A stretch of DNA of 64,000 nt, from NCBI GenBank assembly GCA_963708025.1, contig CAVPSB010000016.1:192001-256000 (forward strand), written 5' to 3'. Origin of the DNA: an uncultured Candidatus Rokubacteria bacterium (GTDB lineage Bacteria > Methylomirabilota > Methylomirabilia > Rokubacteriales > DASRDR01). This document shows, one piece after another, positions 62,778 to 64,000 of the stretch (positions are counted from its first letter, which is position 1; each line of letters starts with the position of its first letter). Below the pieces are notes generated by a model, which was given only the letters and a program-made list of their open reading frames with translations, did not search any database and was not told the DNA's origin. The position numbers were made by a program, and so were the translations under genes.

Positions 62778-63794
62778 ATGGCGGAGCAACCCGGTCCGAG
62801 TCGCCGAGACTTCCTGAAGACCCTGGGCGTGACCGTGGGCGGCGCCGCGGCCGCCGGCGCGGCCGCGCCCCTGGCCGTTCCGGCCCTGGCCCAGGCGCAG
62901 ACCCCGGCCCAGCCCAAGGGCACCATCCCCGACAAGCCGTTCAAGGTCGGCCACATGACCTTCCATTCCGGGGCGGCGGCGGTCCTCGGGGAGCCCATGT
63001 ACAAGGGCCATATGCTGGCGGCCGACGAGATCAACGCCGCCGGCGGCCTGCTCGGCAAGCGGAAGATCGAGACGCTGAAGGCCGACGAGGCGGCCGGTCT
63101 CGACGCCAACGTGAAGGAGCTCCGGCGGATGAAGCTGTCGGAGAACATCGACTTCTTCACCGGCATCACCTCCAGCGCGCACACGCCGGCCCTCGGCCCG
63201 GTGGCCGAGGAGCTGAAGATCCTGACGATCTTCGTGGACGGCTGCACCGACAACCTGTTCGACAAGGCGGTGCCCAACCCCCACTACATCTTCCGGATCA
63301 CCAACATCCAGTCGGCCGACGGAGTCACCTGCGCCGTCGCCATCGCCCAGACCTGGGGAAGCGCCAAGAAGATCGCCCACATCCATCCCGACTACTCCTA
63401 CGGCCGCAACGCCTTCGACCACCTCAACATCGCGATGAAGAAGCTCATGGGGAACGTCGAGGTGGTGTCGGAGGGCTGGCCGAAGCTCGGAACGACAGAC
63501 TTCACCTCCCACATCACCAAGGCGATCTCGGCCAAGCCCGACCTGCTGGTCTCGTCGGTGTGGGGCGGCGACTACGTCGCCTTCTACAAGCAGGCCCTCC
63601 GCTATGACACGTTCAAGAAGATGAAGTTCGCGAGCACGATCGCCTTCGGGGTGGCGCCCCACGCGATCGGCAAGGACCACCCGGAAGGGGCGCGGCTTCA
63701 CGGATGCCGCCGGCCGCCTCGTCTGGGCAGCGCTCGGCGATCCCGGGCTTCTTCCCGGCGCCCGGTAGCGCGAGCTGGATCGGGAACCGGGTGA
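62778..63794 (+). CDS. Tat-exported branched-chain-type ABC substrate-binding protein, apparently truncated after ~63690
   Basis: SRRDFLK Tat signal; DEINAAGGLLG; family-like sequence ends at KDHPEG. Confidence 0.8.
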   Translation: MAEQPGPSRRDFLKTLGVTVGGAAAAGAAAPLAVPALAQAQTPAQPKGTIPDKPFKVGHMTFHSGAAAVLGEPMYKGHMLAADEINAAGGLLGKRKIETLKADEAAGLDANVKELRRMKLSENIDFFTGITSSAHTPALGPVAEELKILTIFVDGCTDNLFDKAVPNPHYIFRITNIQSADGVTCAVAIAQTWGSAKKIAHIHPDYSYGRNAFDHLNIAMKKLMGNVEVVSEGWPKLGTTDFTSHITKAISAKPDLLVSSVWGGDYVAFYKQALRYDTFKKMKFASTIAFGVAPHAIGKDHPEGARLHGCRRPPRLGSARRSRASSRRPVARAGSGTG

Positions 63795-64000
63795 CGGTGG
63801 CGTCGGTGACCGCGGCCTCGAGGGCGGTCGCGTGCCCAAGGACGCGCTCCTGCCCGAGGCTGGCAGCGGGCAGTCTGCGCGCGATCGGGCGGACCGGCGC
63901 TCCCGCGGCGGTGAAGATCGTGTACCGGGTGGCGCGCCTCTCGCCTTTCACGACGGCACCCGGATGACCGTGGCCGACACGCTCTACGGGCTCTGGCGTC

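Overview
Very GC-rich bacterial DNA. Its gene content and repeat style suggest a soil or sediment lineage such as Candidatus Rokubacteria (inference only). Many conserved genes carry 1-bp indels, which looks like long-read error, and there are many gene fragments. The backbone is mostly metabolic and signalling genes: ABC permease, UROD-like, EamA, M20/M24 peptidases, three LLM oxidoreductases, two class III nucleotide cyclases, a MEDS hybrid kinase, hutU-hutI, AOR and ADH. Highlights: (1) a DedA-rhodanese gene with an in-frame UGA at a CxC cysteine position followed by a SECIS-like hairpin (candidate selenoprotein); (2) a leaderless RAPP-ending uORF directly upstream of tatA, whose RAPP codons can pair with the tatA SD (candidate arrest peptide); (3) an ~8.3-kb tyrosine-integrase element bounded by exact 22-bp direct repeats with arm-like repeats, carrying an orphan RiPP-like precursor and an HNH-like gene; (4) a minus-strand integron-type attC cassette array without intI, whose first cassette is a HEPN-like gene split by an ISL3 with perfect TIRs and an 8-bp TSD; (5) a four-gene secreted module ending in a Zn-PLC/P1-nuclease-like protein; (6) a Nal1-like protease paired with a stand-alone prodomain-like protein; (7) a promoter motif present three times and a REP-like family abutting start codons.
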